NCBI GenBank assembly: GCA_003858585.1
Contig: RQZE01000003.1
Location: 1 to 32,000 of the forward strand
Source of the DNA: Erysipelotrichaceae bacterium OH741_COT-311
GTDB lineage: Bacteria; Bacillota_I; Bacilli_A; Erysipelotrichales; Erysipelotrichaceae
DNA length: 32,000 bases
Direction: 5' to 3'
This document shows positions 9,268 to 17,986 of the stretch, one piece after another (positions within the stretch are counted from its first letter, which is position 1; every line of letters starts with the position of its first letter). The notes below the pieces were generated by a model. That model was not told the DNA's origin. It was given only the letters and a program-made list of their open reading frames with translations, and did no database searches. The position numbers were made by a program, and so were the translations under genes.

Positions 9268-9612
9268 TGGTGGAGATGAGGGGTATCGAACCCCTGTCCA
9301 AGAATAGTCCCACACTTAGACGTCTACAGTTTAGCTTTTCGTTAAGTAAGACAATAGAATGGTCAAAAGCCAACCGCTATTGAATTTGTCTATGATATTT
9401 TCGTGTCACTAACTAGACAATTAGTTTTCCTTATCCTATATAAATGTACACCTTACCTTTTGTATAGGCACAATCGGTTTGGGGGCTGCAAGCCTCTATT
9501 GGCTAATTAAGCAGCGAAACTTAATCTGTTTCCAGTTATTTTTATTTGGTTTTAGGTGACCAACCACTGCAATCTAAGTCAAACATAAACCTGTCGAATC
9601 CAAGACATCCCC
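9268..9612 (-). ncRNA. ssrA: tmRNA (SsrA), one-piece, about 345 nt
   Basis: - The minus strand reads 5'-GGGGATGTCTTGGATTCGACAGG ... GGACAGGGGTTCGATACCCCTCATCTCCACCA-3'.
- Acceptor stem GGGGATG/CATCTCC contains the G3:U alanine identity pair.
- It has a T-arm and an encoded CCA.
- Internal tag frame: GGA AAC AGA TTA AGT TTC GCT GCT TAA. Confidence 0.93.
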
Positions 9613-9621
9613 AGGGGGTAA

Positions 9622-9650
9622 ATAATATCGTTATTTACTTAAATTGTCAA
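9622..9650 (-). promoter_or_regulatory. Candidate sigma-A promoter of ssrA
   Basis: Minus strand: TTGACA (9650-9645), 17-nt spacer, TATTAT (9627-9622), 9 nt upstream of the mature GGGG 5' end. A short leader removed by RNase P would be expected. Confidence 0.6.
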
Positions 9651-9651
9651 C

Positions 9652-10053
9652 TTATTTTTCTACAACAAATCCTACCGCATGATTCAATTTTAAATTGAAA
9701 TCTTTTAATTTGGAATCAATTTCACTAAAGTCTTTAATTGGAATGTAGTCAATATTCTTCCAACTCAATGTTTCGTTAAAGCTCACTAGAAAATCATCTA
9801 TCGCAACTTCTAAGTTTGATTCCGGTACAATGACTGTTGTAAATGAAGATTCATCTAAATGATTCCACGCACTTAAGAAATCTTTTGAAGTATCCAGTTT
9901 ATCCTTATATAAGAACAATAGATATTCACTACCATCACGACCATCATAGAAGAATGTATGTCCCATTTGAAGTGTTCCATCTAGGTTTTTATATACAAGT
10001 ACAATTCTTTGAAAATTTTCTAAGTTGTTGTTAAAACGAATTACATTTGTCAT
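9652..10053 (-). CDS. Hypothetical acidic protein, 133 aa, no recognisable family
   Basis: AGAGGG RBS lies 8 nt before the ATG at 10053 (MTNVIRFNNN...). No TM segment or signal peptide and no motif I can name. The track start at 10095 lacks an RBS. Confidence 0.55.
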   Translation of the reverse strand: MTNVIRFNNNLENFQRIVLVYKNLDGTLQMGHTFFYDGRDGSEYLLFLYKDKLDTSKDFLSAWNHLDESSFTTVIVPESNLEVAIDDFLVSFNETLSWKNIDYIPIKDFSEIDSKLKDFNLKLNHAVGFVVEK

Positions 10054-10146
10054 AATATTCCCTCTTTTCCTCATTATTATATAACAATCAAGCAAGAAAT
10101 TAATATTAAATTATAAATTTAGTGTAAAATGTATATAGGTGATAAA

Positions 10147-10815
10147 ATGAATAGAATTTTATTAGTGGAAGATGATCCGCTTATTAGTACAAAATTAACA
10201 GAATTTTTAGAGAATGAGCACTTTCTTATAACGCAAGCTAGGAATAAAAAAGAAGCCTTAGATAAGGTGTTTAAAGATGAATATGACCTAGTTCTATTAG
10301 ATATATCTTTGCCAGATGGTAGTGGTTATGATATTTGTAAAGAAATCAAAAGTAAAATGAATGTACCAATTATCTTTGTTACAGCTTCTAATGATGAACC
10401 AAGTGTAATACTGGGCTTAGATATTGGTGCAGATGATTATATTGCAAAACCATATCGACCAAAAGAGTTGTTATCACGTATTCGTTCGGTGTTAAGACGT
10501 ACCGGAAAGACTTCTTCAATTTTTGAGTTGCATGGTATTAAAGTAGATACAATTAAGGGCTTGGTGACAAGAGATGGGAAGGAAATCTTTTTAAGTAGTT
10601 TAGAGTATCGAATTTTATTAGTGTTCTTATCTAATCGTGGAATTGTACTTTCACGTGCAAAGCTTGTAGAAGAAATTTGGGATATTGCAGGTGATTACTT
10701 AAGTGATAATACCCTTACTGTGTATATCAAGCGATTACGTCAAAAGATTGAAGAGGATATTGATGATCCGAAAATTATTAAAACCGTTCGAGGTATAGGG
10801 TATATTTCAGAATAA
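10147..10815 (+). CDS. OmpR/PhoB-family response regulator
   Basis: MNRILLVEDD, phospho-acceptor context LVLLDISLPDG, KPY, and a C-terminal winged helix ending TVRGIGY. Confidence 0.9.
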   Translation: MNRILLVEDDPLISTKLTEFLENEHFLITQARNKKEALDKVFKDEYDLVLLDISLPDGSGYDICKEIKSKMNVPIIFVTASNDEPSVILGLDIGADDYIAKPYRPKELLSRIRSVLRRTGKTSSIFELHGIKVDTIKGLVTRDGKEIFLSSLEYRILLVFLSNRGIVLSRAKLVEEIWDIAGDYLSDNTLTVYIKRLRQKIEEDIDDPKIIKTVRGIGYISE

Positions 10816-10816
10816 T

Positions 10817-11824
10817 ATGAAGTATTTACGTGATGCCAATATTCAAAAACAAATCTATGTAAGTGTCGCTGTGTTGGCTCTTTTTATAGCGCTTGCTTAT
10901 GTGTTAAAGCCAAGTGTAATGCCTTGGGTTTTTCTTGTTGGATGTAGTTTTATAGTGCTTCATACTGTATTTCAAATTCAGAGAATGAAAGAGGTTGAAG
11001 TGATTAATGATGCGATTCGTTTTGTTTTACATGGTGAAAAAGAGTTAAAGCTTATAGAGTATCGTGAAGGACAACTGTCTATTTTAAAGAATGAACTTAG
11101 TAAGTTAGTATCAATGTTAAATAATCAAAATACATTATTACAAAAGGATAAAGAGTTATTAACGGATAGTATTGCTGATATTTCACATCAATTAAAGACA
11201 CCATTAACGTCTATGAATTTAATCTTACCATTTTTAAGAAAGAAGGATTTGTCTTATCAAAAGCGTTTAGAGCTCGTACAGGATTTAAAACGTTTATTAA
11301 CACGTTTAGACTGGTTGATTTCAGCTTTATTAAAGATGAGTAAGATTGATGCTCAAACAGCTCGTTTTCAAGAAAAAGAAGTACGTGTTTCCGATTTAAT
11401 AGAAGATTCTTGTGAAATGATATCTATTCCTATGGAGTTGAAAAATCAAAATTTAGTTATCCATCAACAAGGGGATGAAGTATTTATCGGAGATTACAAT
11501 TGGACAAAAGAAGCAATCAGCAATATCTTAAAGAATTGTATGGAGCATACTCCTAATGATGGAACGATTACCATTTTAGTGAGCCAAAATCCGATTTATA
11601 CAGAGATTATTATTAAAGATAATGGTCCAGGTATCCATGAAAAAGATATTCATAATATCTTTAAGCGTTTTTATAAAGGTGAAAATTCTAATGAGCAATC
11701 AGTTGGAATTGGTTTAGCTTTGGCTCGTATGATTATAGTTCAACAAAATGGAACGATTAAAGTGGAAAATAATCCGGATGCAGGTTGCCGTTTTATTATT
11801 CGTTTTTATGCAATGGTGGTGTAG
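10817..11824 (+). CDS. Sensor histidine kinase, intramembrane-sensing type
   Basis: Two N-terminal TM helices are separated by only about 6 residues (KPSVMP). H-box ISHQLKTPLTS; N box NILKNCMEHT; G boxes DNGPGI and GIGLALA. Starts 1 nt after the regulator stop. Confidence 0.9.
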   Translation: MKYLRDANIQKQIYVSVAVLALFIALAYVLKPSVMPWVFLVGCSFIVLHTVFQIQRMKEVEVINDAIRFVLHGEKELKLIEYREGQLSILKNELSKLVSMLNNQNTLLQKDKELLTDSIADISHQLKTPLTSMNLILPFLRKKDLSYQKRLELVQDLKRLLTRLDWLISALLKMSKIDAQTARFQEKEVRVSDLIEDSCEMISIPMELKNQNLVIHQQGDEVFIGDYNWTKEAISNILKNCMEHTPNDGTITILVSQNPIYTEIIIKDNGPGIHEKDIHNIFKRFYKGENSNEQSVGIGLALARMIIVQQNGTIKVENNPDAGCRFIIRFYAMVV

Positions 11825-11828
11825 TTAT

Positions 11829-12512
11829 ATGGATATGATTAAGGTTGAACATTTAAATAAATTCTATGGTACAAGTGATAACATCATTAAAGCCTTGGAT
11901 GATGTTTCTCTTACAATTGCTAAGGGACAATTTGTAGCGATTGTAGGACCAAGCGGTAGTGGAAAATCATCGTTGTTGCATATTATTGGTGGAGTCGACC
12001 AGGCAACAAGCGGGAAAGTGTTTATTAATGAATTGGATATTACAAAACTAAATAGCGAAGAATTGGCGATTTTAAGACGTCGAGACTTAGGGATTATCTA
12101 TCAGTTTTTTAATTTGATTCCGGTTTTGACAGTAGAAGAAAACATTCAATTACCAACACTGCTTGATCATCAAAAGATAGATGAAACTTATTTTGAAGAA
12201 TTGATTTCTTTAATTGGATTAAAACCACGTTTAAAAAGTCTACCTTATCAATTAAGTGGTGGACAACAGCAACGTGTAGCAATTGCTCGGGCATTGATGA
12301 ATAAGCCTAATATTTTACTTTGTGATGAGCCAACCGGAAATTTGGATTCAGCCAATAGTGTGGAAATTATCCAATATTTGAAAAAAACCAATGTCTTGTA
12401 TCAACAAACCATTGTTTTAGTTACCCATGATGAAGACATTGCATTAATGGCAGATCGTATCATTCATTTAAAAGATGGTAAAATCGTTAAAGATGAGGTA
12501 TTACGTAGATGA
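11829..12512 (+). CDS. ABC transporter ATP-binding protein (MacB/LolD-like)
   Basis: Walker A GPSGSGKSS, signature LSGGQQQR, Walker B ILLCDEPTGNLD, H-loop VTHD. Start moved to the ATG at 11829, just after the kinase stop at 11824. Confidence 0.9.
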   Translation: MDMIKVEHLNKFYGTSDNIIKALDDVSLTIAKGQFVAIVGPSGSGKSSLLHIIGGVDQATSGKVFINELDITKLNSEELAILRRRDLGIIYQFFNLIPVLTVEENIQLPTLLDHQKIDETYFEELISLIGLKPRLKSLPYQLSGGQQQRVAIARALMNKPNILLCDEPTGNLDSANSVEIIQYLKKTNVLYQQTIVLVTHDEDIALMADRIIHLKDGKIVKDEVLRR

Positions 12513-14920
12513 GTATCTTAAAACGATTTACAATCGGTAGTATTAAAAAAAATTATCCTCTAGCATTTATTTGCATTTCAGGAATTATACTTTCAACGAT
12601 TTTAGTTAGTACAATTGTCATTTTGGTATCAACCCTAAGACAATATAGCATGCAGTATACCTATGATGTTCATGGTAAATACGATGCGATTATTTATAAT
12701 ACAAATCTGCAACAAGTGGATTTAGATGCAAGTAGTCGTATTGTAAAGGTTAATAATTTTGGTTATGCCTCTTATAAGCAAGAAGAATTGATGTATATTA
12801 ATGTCATCGGAGTTAAAAATGATTATTATGATATGGCATCCATTGATTTAGTCAAGGGTCGTTTGCCGGAAAATGACCAAGAGTTGCTATTGCCAATGAA
12901 TTTAATTACAAATAGTAATGAGTTTCATTTGTATTCAACGGTGGAATTAAATTTAGGCTATCGTGCGATCAGTAATCAATTGCTTACACCTTTAAATGAT
13001 GTTTTTGAACATGAATATTTAATCGATGAACAAAAACGTACTTTTAAGATTGTAGGTTTTTATAAAAGTAGTGATTTTGATCAAGGTAGTGTACATACAG
13101 CTATTACAAGTTCTTATGATTATGAAAACAGTGGCTATTTATTAGTAGCTTTTGATAAGAATATCAATGTGGAACGATATCTTCATAAACAATATCCGTT
13201 GCATCATTTTTATATTAATCAACCTTTACAGAATATGAAAAATTTAGTGATTAATGATCGTGATGTGCAAATTGTATTGATTTTAATTGTGATTTCGTTG
13301 TTTGTTGTATTGATTGCTTCCAGTGCCTTAATTTATAACATTGTAGCAATTAGTTATTCTTATCGTTTTCGTCAATATGGTATTTTAAAAAGTATTGGAA
13401 CGACCTCAAAACAGTTACTAGAATCTATTTTTATTGAAATGACGTTATATTCTATGATTGGTATAGCGATTGGTTTAATTTTAGGTATCTTTATTACCAG
13501 AGAAATGTTGTATCTTACAACTAATTTATTTAAATCAATTTTACATGGATATTTTTTAGTTTCAGGAAAACTAAAAATCTTTGTTAGTGTTAAAAGTATC
13601 ATATTTATTGTTGTAGTAATGTTGATTGTAATTGTTATTTCGAGTTACATTCCATATCTTAAATTAAAGCGAAGTAAGCCTATGGATTTAATACGTAATC
13701 AAAAACCAATTAAAATTGGTCATCTAAAAGATCAAGGCTTTCTATCAGAACACTTAGGTATTGAATATGTATTGGCGAAACGCAATCGTAAAATAGATAC
13801 GCATAAGTATCAAATTGCAGCGATTTCTTTAATTATATCTATTGTGTTATTTATCACTTCTACAAGTTTAATCTCACATATTCAAAAAGTAAATACACGT
13901 CTTAGTGAGTATTATACTTATGATTTATTATTTATGTCGGATAATCAAAATCTAGAGGATTTAAATAAGATTTATCAGCAGTTTATCTTGATCGAGGACA
14001 TTGAAGAGGCAAGTTATATTACCTTTAGCTTTGATAAGGCTACTGTTTTAACCGAAGCGAATAAGGAGATTTATGTCTATATTGCATATGTTGATGATAT
14101 TACGTATCAAAAAAGTATTGTTGCCAATGGTATTAAAAAAGGAGATGGTGAACTTTATTATGACTTAGCTGAAAGTTATGATGCAAGTAGTAAAAAGTAT
14201 ATGCGTATGAATATGTTGAAAGAGCGAAGTGTAATGTGGATTTCCAATCGTCAAGAAACACTGCATTTGAATTATCGTCTTGAAAAGCCTCCGCTTGGTA
14301 TTGATAAATTTGTTGCCGATGTGGTCATTATACGTCCGTATTCAAGCTACGTTAAACATAAAAATACGGAAGATATTATGCAGTTTTTCTTCCGTAGCAG
14401 TAATCATAATTATGTATATCATCGTATGCAGGATATTGCACTAGATTTAGAAATGAACGATGTGATTATTTTAGATTATGGTGAAAACTTAGATGGAGAG
14501 CATGCTCGTTTAAATATCATGCGTGTTTTTAGTTTTGTTTTTGTCTTCATTTTTAGTTTGTTGGCAATGGTCAGTATTTTTGCAACGGTTCGAACAAATA
14601 TTTTACAACGTAAACGACAGATTGCGATGTTGAATTCGATTGGAATTAGTCGTTTTAGTTTACATCGTATGTTGGTCTATGAATCCATTGGGTTAGTTTT
14701 TTATGCTTTTATCATAGGTTTAGTAATTTCAGTTGCATTATCTTATGGTATCTATAAGTATGTTTATCCATTTGGTGTATTGCCATTTCGTATTTCATTA
14801 AGTAGCATTATCCTTAGTTTTATTGTATCGCTATTCATTGTTGTTATTACGATTTATTATTCTTTACGAGAGATGGATAAAGTAAATATTATTGAAATCA
14901 TTAAACATGACCTAATGTAA
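12509..14920 (+). CDS. ABC transporter permease, tandem FtsX/MacB-type (two TM-ectodomain-3TM units)
   Basis: 803 aa. My reading of hydrophobic segments gives TM1 (about aa 16-43), a roughly 210-aa loop and 3 TM, then TM5 (about aa 434-455), a roughly 210-aa loop and 3 TM. FtsX motifs follow TM2 and TM6: RQYGILKSIGTT and RQIAMLNSIGIS. ATGA overlap with the ATPase gene. Confidence 0.85.
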   Translation: MSILKRFTIGSIKKNYPLAFICISGIILSTILVSTIVILVSTLRQYSMQYTYDVHGKYDAIIYNTNLQQVDLDASSRIVKVNNFGYASYKQEELMYINVIGVKNDYYDMASIDLVKGRLPENDQELLLPMNLITNSNEFHLYSTVELNLGYRAISNQLLTPLNDVFEHEYLIDEQKRTFKIVGFYKSSDFDQGSVHTAITSSYDYENSGYLLVAFDKNINVERYLHKQYPLHHFYINQPLQNMKNLVINDRDVQIVLILIVISLFVVLIASSALIYNIVAISYSYRFRQYGILKSIGTTSKQLLESIFIEMTLYSMIGIAIGLILGIFITREMLYLTTNLFKSILHGYFLVSGKLKIFVSVKSIIFIVVVMLIVIVISSYIPYLKLKRSKPMDLIRNQKPIKIGHLKDQGFLSEHLGIEYVLAKRNRKIDTHKYQIAAISLIISIVLFITSTSLISHIQKVNTRLSEYYTYDLLFMSDNQNLEDLNKIYQQFILIEDIEEASYITFSFDKATVLTEANKEIYVYIAYVDDITYQKSIVANGIKKGDGELYYDLAESYDASSKKYMRMNMLKERSVMWISNRQETLHLNYRLEKPPLGIDKFVADVVIIRPYSSYVKHKNTEDIMQFFFRSSNHNYVYHRMQDIALDLEMNDVIILDYGENLDGEHARLNIMRVFSFVFVFIFSLLAMVSIFATVRTNILQRKRQIAMLNSIGISRFSLHRMLVYESIGLVFYAFIIGLVISVALSYGIYKYVYPFGVLPFRISLSSIILSFIVSLFIVVITIYYSLREMDKVNIIEIIKHDLM

Positions 14921-14924
14921 AAAA

Positions 14925-14944
14925 ATAAACCCTAACGGGTTTAT
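14925..14944. terminator. Bidirectional terminator between the permease gene and glgP
   Basis: ATAAACCC-TAAC-GGGTTTAT hairpin flanked by an A-run (left) and a T-run (right). It overlaps the glgP stop codon. Confidence 0.6.
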
Positions 14945-17199
14945 TTTAATTTCCAAATATCTTGGTTGTAATCATTGATGGTACGATCACTTGAGAAGAA
15001 TCCAGCCTTAGCAGTATTCACTAATGACATACGTTTCCATTTTTCAGTGTTTTCATATTCATCAAAGACATGTTCTTTTGTTTCGATGTAGTTTTTTACA
15101 TCTAACAGTGTCATAAACCAATCTTTATTGATTAATTCATTATGTAAAGCTTGTAGGTGTTCTTTGCTTCCAAGTTGAAGTAACTCATCACTTACAATGA
15201 AATCTACTAATTTTTTAATCAATTCATCTTGTTGATAAAGAGTTTTTGAGCTGTAGTCATGATGGTTGTAGTGATCAATGACTTGTTGACTACTTTCTCC
15301 AAAGGTATAGATATTGTCATTTCCAACTAATTGAGCAATTTCAACATTAGCACCATCCATAGTTCCAAGTGTGATTGCTCCATTTAACATGAATTTCATA
15401 TTTCCTGTTCCTGAAGCTTCTTTTGAAGCTAAAGAAATTTGTTCTGAAATATCACATGCCGGAATTAGTTGTTCAGCATAAGTTACATTGTAGTTTTCAA
15501 CCATTACGACTTTTAGGTACTTACTTACTACAGGATCGTTATTGATTAATTTTGATAATGTAATAATTAAGTGAATAATGTCTTTTGCAATGTAGTAAGC
15601 CGGAGCAGCTTTTCCTCCAAATAAAATGGTAATTGGACGTTTTGGTAAGTTACCATTTTTAATTTCTAAGTACTTATAAATGATATATAAAGCATTCATT
15701 TGTTGACGCTTATATTCATGAATACGTTTAATTTGAATGCAGAAGATACTGTTTGGATCCAGTTCAATATTTTCATGTTTTTGAATATAGCTTGCTAATT
15801 TACGTTTATTGTTTTGTTTGATGTCATATAAGTGATCTAGAACTTCTTGATTATCATAATATGCAAGTAGTTTTTCCAGTTCGTTGGCATCTTTTTTCCA
15901 TCCTTCTCCAATTAAAGAAGTAATGTAATTTGCAAGCTCAGGGTTACAGTGCATTAACCATCTTCTAAATGTAATACCATTTGTCTTGTTGTTGAATTTA
16001 TCCGGATAAATATCATAGAACGGCTTTAATTCAGAATTTTTTAGGATATCTGTATGTAATGCAGCAACTCCGTTAATAGAATATCCATAGTGCATATCAA
16101 TACGAGCCATGTGTACACGATCTTGTTCATCAATGATTTGTACATCAGGATTTGAAAAGATATAAGCGACTAAGCTATCTAATGCTTCAATGATTGGCAT
16201 TAAATGTGGAACTACTTTTTGTAAGTAACTACGTGGCCATTTTTCTAAGGCTTCTGATAGAATCGTATGATTTGTATAGCATGTTGTATTTGATACAATG
16301 TCAATAGCTTCCTTCATACGAATTCCTTCTTGCATTAATAAACGTATCAATTCAGGAATGACTAAAGAAGGGTGTGTATCATTAATTTGTACTACAACAT
16401 GTTTATGTAAATCACGTAAGTTATGTCCTTTTTCTTTTTCTTCTTTGATGATTAATTGTGCAGCACTTGATACCATAAAATATTGTTGATAAATACGTAG
16501 TAAGTGGCCTGCTTCATCACTATCATCTGGATATAAGAATAACGTTAAGTTTTTTTCAAAGTTTTCTTTATCAAAAGAGATTGATTGATCATGAACTAAT
16601 GTTTCATCTACATTCGCTAAATCAAATAAATGTAATTTATTTACTCCATTGTCATAACCAATAACATCAATGTCATACATATTCGCTGTTACAACTTTAT
16701 CTGCAAGTTGTACTTGGAAACTAACATCTGTTTTGTTTAACCATGACTTTGGTGTCATCCATTCATTTTTTATTTCATGTTGTAAACCTTGTTTAAATTG
16801 TTGTTTAAATAATCCGAAGTGGTAGTTAAGTCCAACACCATCACCATTTAAGCCAAGGGTTGCAATAGAATCAATAAAGCAACTTGCAAGACGTCCAAGT
16901 CCACCATTTCCCAAACTTGGTTCTTGTTCCAACTCTTCAATTTCAGTAATATTTTTGTTGTTGGATTGTAATACTGTTTTTAGTTCATCATAAATTCCTA
17001 AGTTAATTAAATTGTTTGATAACAACTTACCAATTAGAAATTCTGCTGAGATGTAGTAAAGTTTGCGATTACCTTCAATAGGTTTTTTATTGAGCGTATA
17101 TTCTTTCACTAAATTTAATGTAGCATCATAAAGCTCTTGATTACTAGCTTCGCTAATAGGCTTGTTTAAATGCTTTAATAAGTTTGTTTCTAAGTTCAT
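14941..17199 (-). CDS. glgP: Alpha-glucan (glycogen/maltodextrin) phosphorylase, GT35
   Basis: 752 aa; pyridoxal-phosphate site [15 protein letters not shown]; [13 protein letters not shown] motif. AGGAG RBS lies 8 nt before the ATG at 17199; the track's GTG at 17208 falls within the RBS region. Confidence 0.92.
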   Translation of the reverse strand: MNLETNLLKHLNKPISEASNQELYDATLNLVKEYTLNKKPIEGNRKLYYISAEFLIGKLLSNNLINLGIYDELKTVLQSNNKNITEIEELEQEPSLGNGGLGRLASCFIDSIATLGLNGDGVGLNYHFGLFKQQFKQGLQHEIKNEWMTPKSWLNKTDVSFQVQLADKVVTANMYDIDVIGYDNGVNKLHLFDLANVDETLVHDQSISFDKENFEKNLTLFLYPDDSDEAGHLLRIYQQYFMVSSAAQLIIKEEKEKGHNLRDLHKHVVVQINDTHPSLVIPELIRLLMQEGIRMKEAIDIVSNTTCYTNHTILSEALEKWPRSYLQKVVPHLMPIIEALDSLVAYIFSNPDVQIIDEQDRVHMARIDMHYGYSINGVAALHTDILKNSELKPFYDIYPDKFNNKTNGITFRRWLMHCNPELANYITSLIGEGWKKDANELEKLLAYYDNQEVLDHLYDIKQNNKRKLASYIQKHENIELDPNSIFCIQIKRIHEYKRQQMNALYIIYKYLEIKNGNLPKRPITILFGGKAAPAYYIAKDIIHLIITLSKLINNDPVVSKYLKVVMVENYNVTYAEQLIPACDISEQISLASKEASGTGNMKFMLNGAITLGTMDGANVEIAQLVGNDNIYTFGESSQQVIDHYNHHDYSSKTLYQQDELIKKLVDFIVSDELLQLGSKEHLQALHNELINKDWFMTLLDVKNYIETKEHVFDEYENTEKWKRMSLVNTAKAGFFSSDRTINDYNQDIWKLK

Positions 17200-17231
17200 A
17201 AACCACACTCCTAGGATAATAGATTACCACA

Positions 17232-17245
17232 GGAAAACGTTTTCC
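17232..17245. promoter_or_regulatory. Perfect 14-bp palindrome GGAAAACGTTTTCC, a candidate LacI-family (MalR-like) operator
   Basis: Central-CG palindrome in the divergent glgP / sortase intergenic region. A near-identical copy lies at 20850-20863, upstream of the binding-protein gene. Confidence 0.5.
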
Positions 17246-17299
17246 GCAAGTATTGGACATTTGTGCTATAGTATAGTAATAGTAAGTAAGGAAGTAGAT

Positions 17300-17986
17300 A
17301 TGAAAAAATTAACTGTTGTAATAATCGTAATGGTAATTTTTGTGACCAGTATGATTTTAAAGAAGCCTAAGAAACAGTATGGAGTGGCATTTCATCCAAC
17401 CATACCTATCATTGATTTTATAGAAATGTATAAACCAAGCGAACTGTTTGAAAAAAGTTCAAGCATTAATCAGGATTTTTATGGTGTAATACGTATTGAA
17501 GGTGTTATTGAAGAGGCAGTAGTGTTAAGTAAAGATAATGAAGAATACTTACATATAGATATTCATGGTCATTCGGATATCATGGGAACGGTCTTTATGG
17601 ATTATCGAGTTGAGTACGGAGATCAAAATGTTATTTTATATGGACATACCTATCCAGGTAAAAAAGATATGGTCTTTTCGAATCTAAATGATTATAAAGA
17701 CTATGCTTTTTATCAAATGCATCCAACCTTTACTTTTGAAACAAAACAGGGGATTGATACGTATGATATTTTCAGTGTCTATGTATGGGATCCTAGTGTC
17801 TATCCATATTTCTTTGATGTCTCATTTCATTCAGAGATATTTAAGGAACATATAGAGCATATGAAAAAAAGCTCAATGTATCCCATTGAACTTGAAGTAA
17901 ATGAAGAAAGTCAATTACTAACTCTTGTTACATGTAATAGTGACAATATCGATCAAAGAGTTATTTTAGTTGGAGTTAAAAGATAA
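17300..17986 (+). CDS. srtB: Class B sortase
   Basis: - 228 aa with an N-terminal TM anchor.
- Class B-like block DNEEYLHIDIHGHSDIMGTVFMDYR.
- Catalytic His in NVILYGH, Cys in LLTLVTCNS, Arg in QRVILVG.
- AAGGAAG RBS before the ATG at 17300. Confidence 0.8.
   Translation: MKKLTVVIIVMVIFVTSMILKKPKKQYGVAFHPTIPIIDFIEMYKPSELFEKSSSINQDFYGVIRIEGVIEEAVVLSKDNEEYLHIDIHGHSDIMGTVFMDYRVEYGDQNVILYGHTYPGKKDMVFSNLNDYKDYAFYQMHPTFTFETKQGIDTYDIFSVYVWDPSVYPYFFDVSFHSEIFKEHIEHMKKSSMYPIELEVNEESQLLTLVTCNSDNIDQRVILVGVKR

Noticed and set aside
10097-10120. Direct repeats AAATTA-N5-AAATTA (11-bp spacing), then AAATTT, upstream of the response-regulator gene, as a possible OmpR-type autoregulatory site.
   Set aside because: This is a hexamer of pure A/T in an intergenic region that is almost entirely A/T. 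It cannot be distinguished from chance without comparative data.
12509-14920. Annotating the permease simply as BceB, or the module as BceRSAB (bacitracin resistance).
   Set aside because: The length (803 aa) and my TM reading (2 x [TM-ectodomain-3TM]) do not fit the 10-TM, single-ectodomain BceB architecture. The substrate is unknown, so I kept the call generic.
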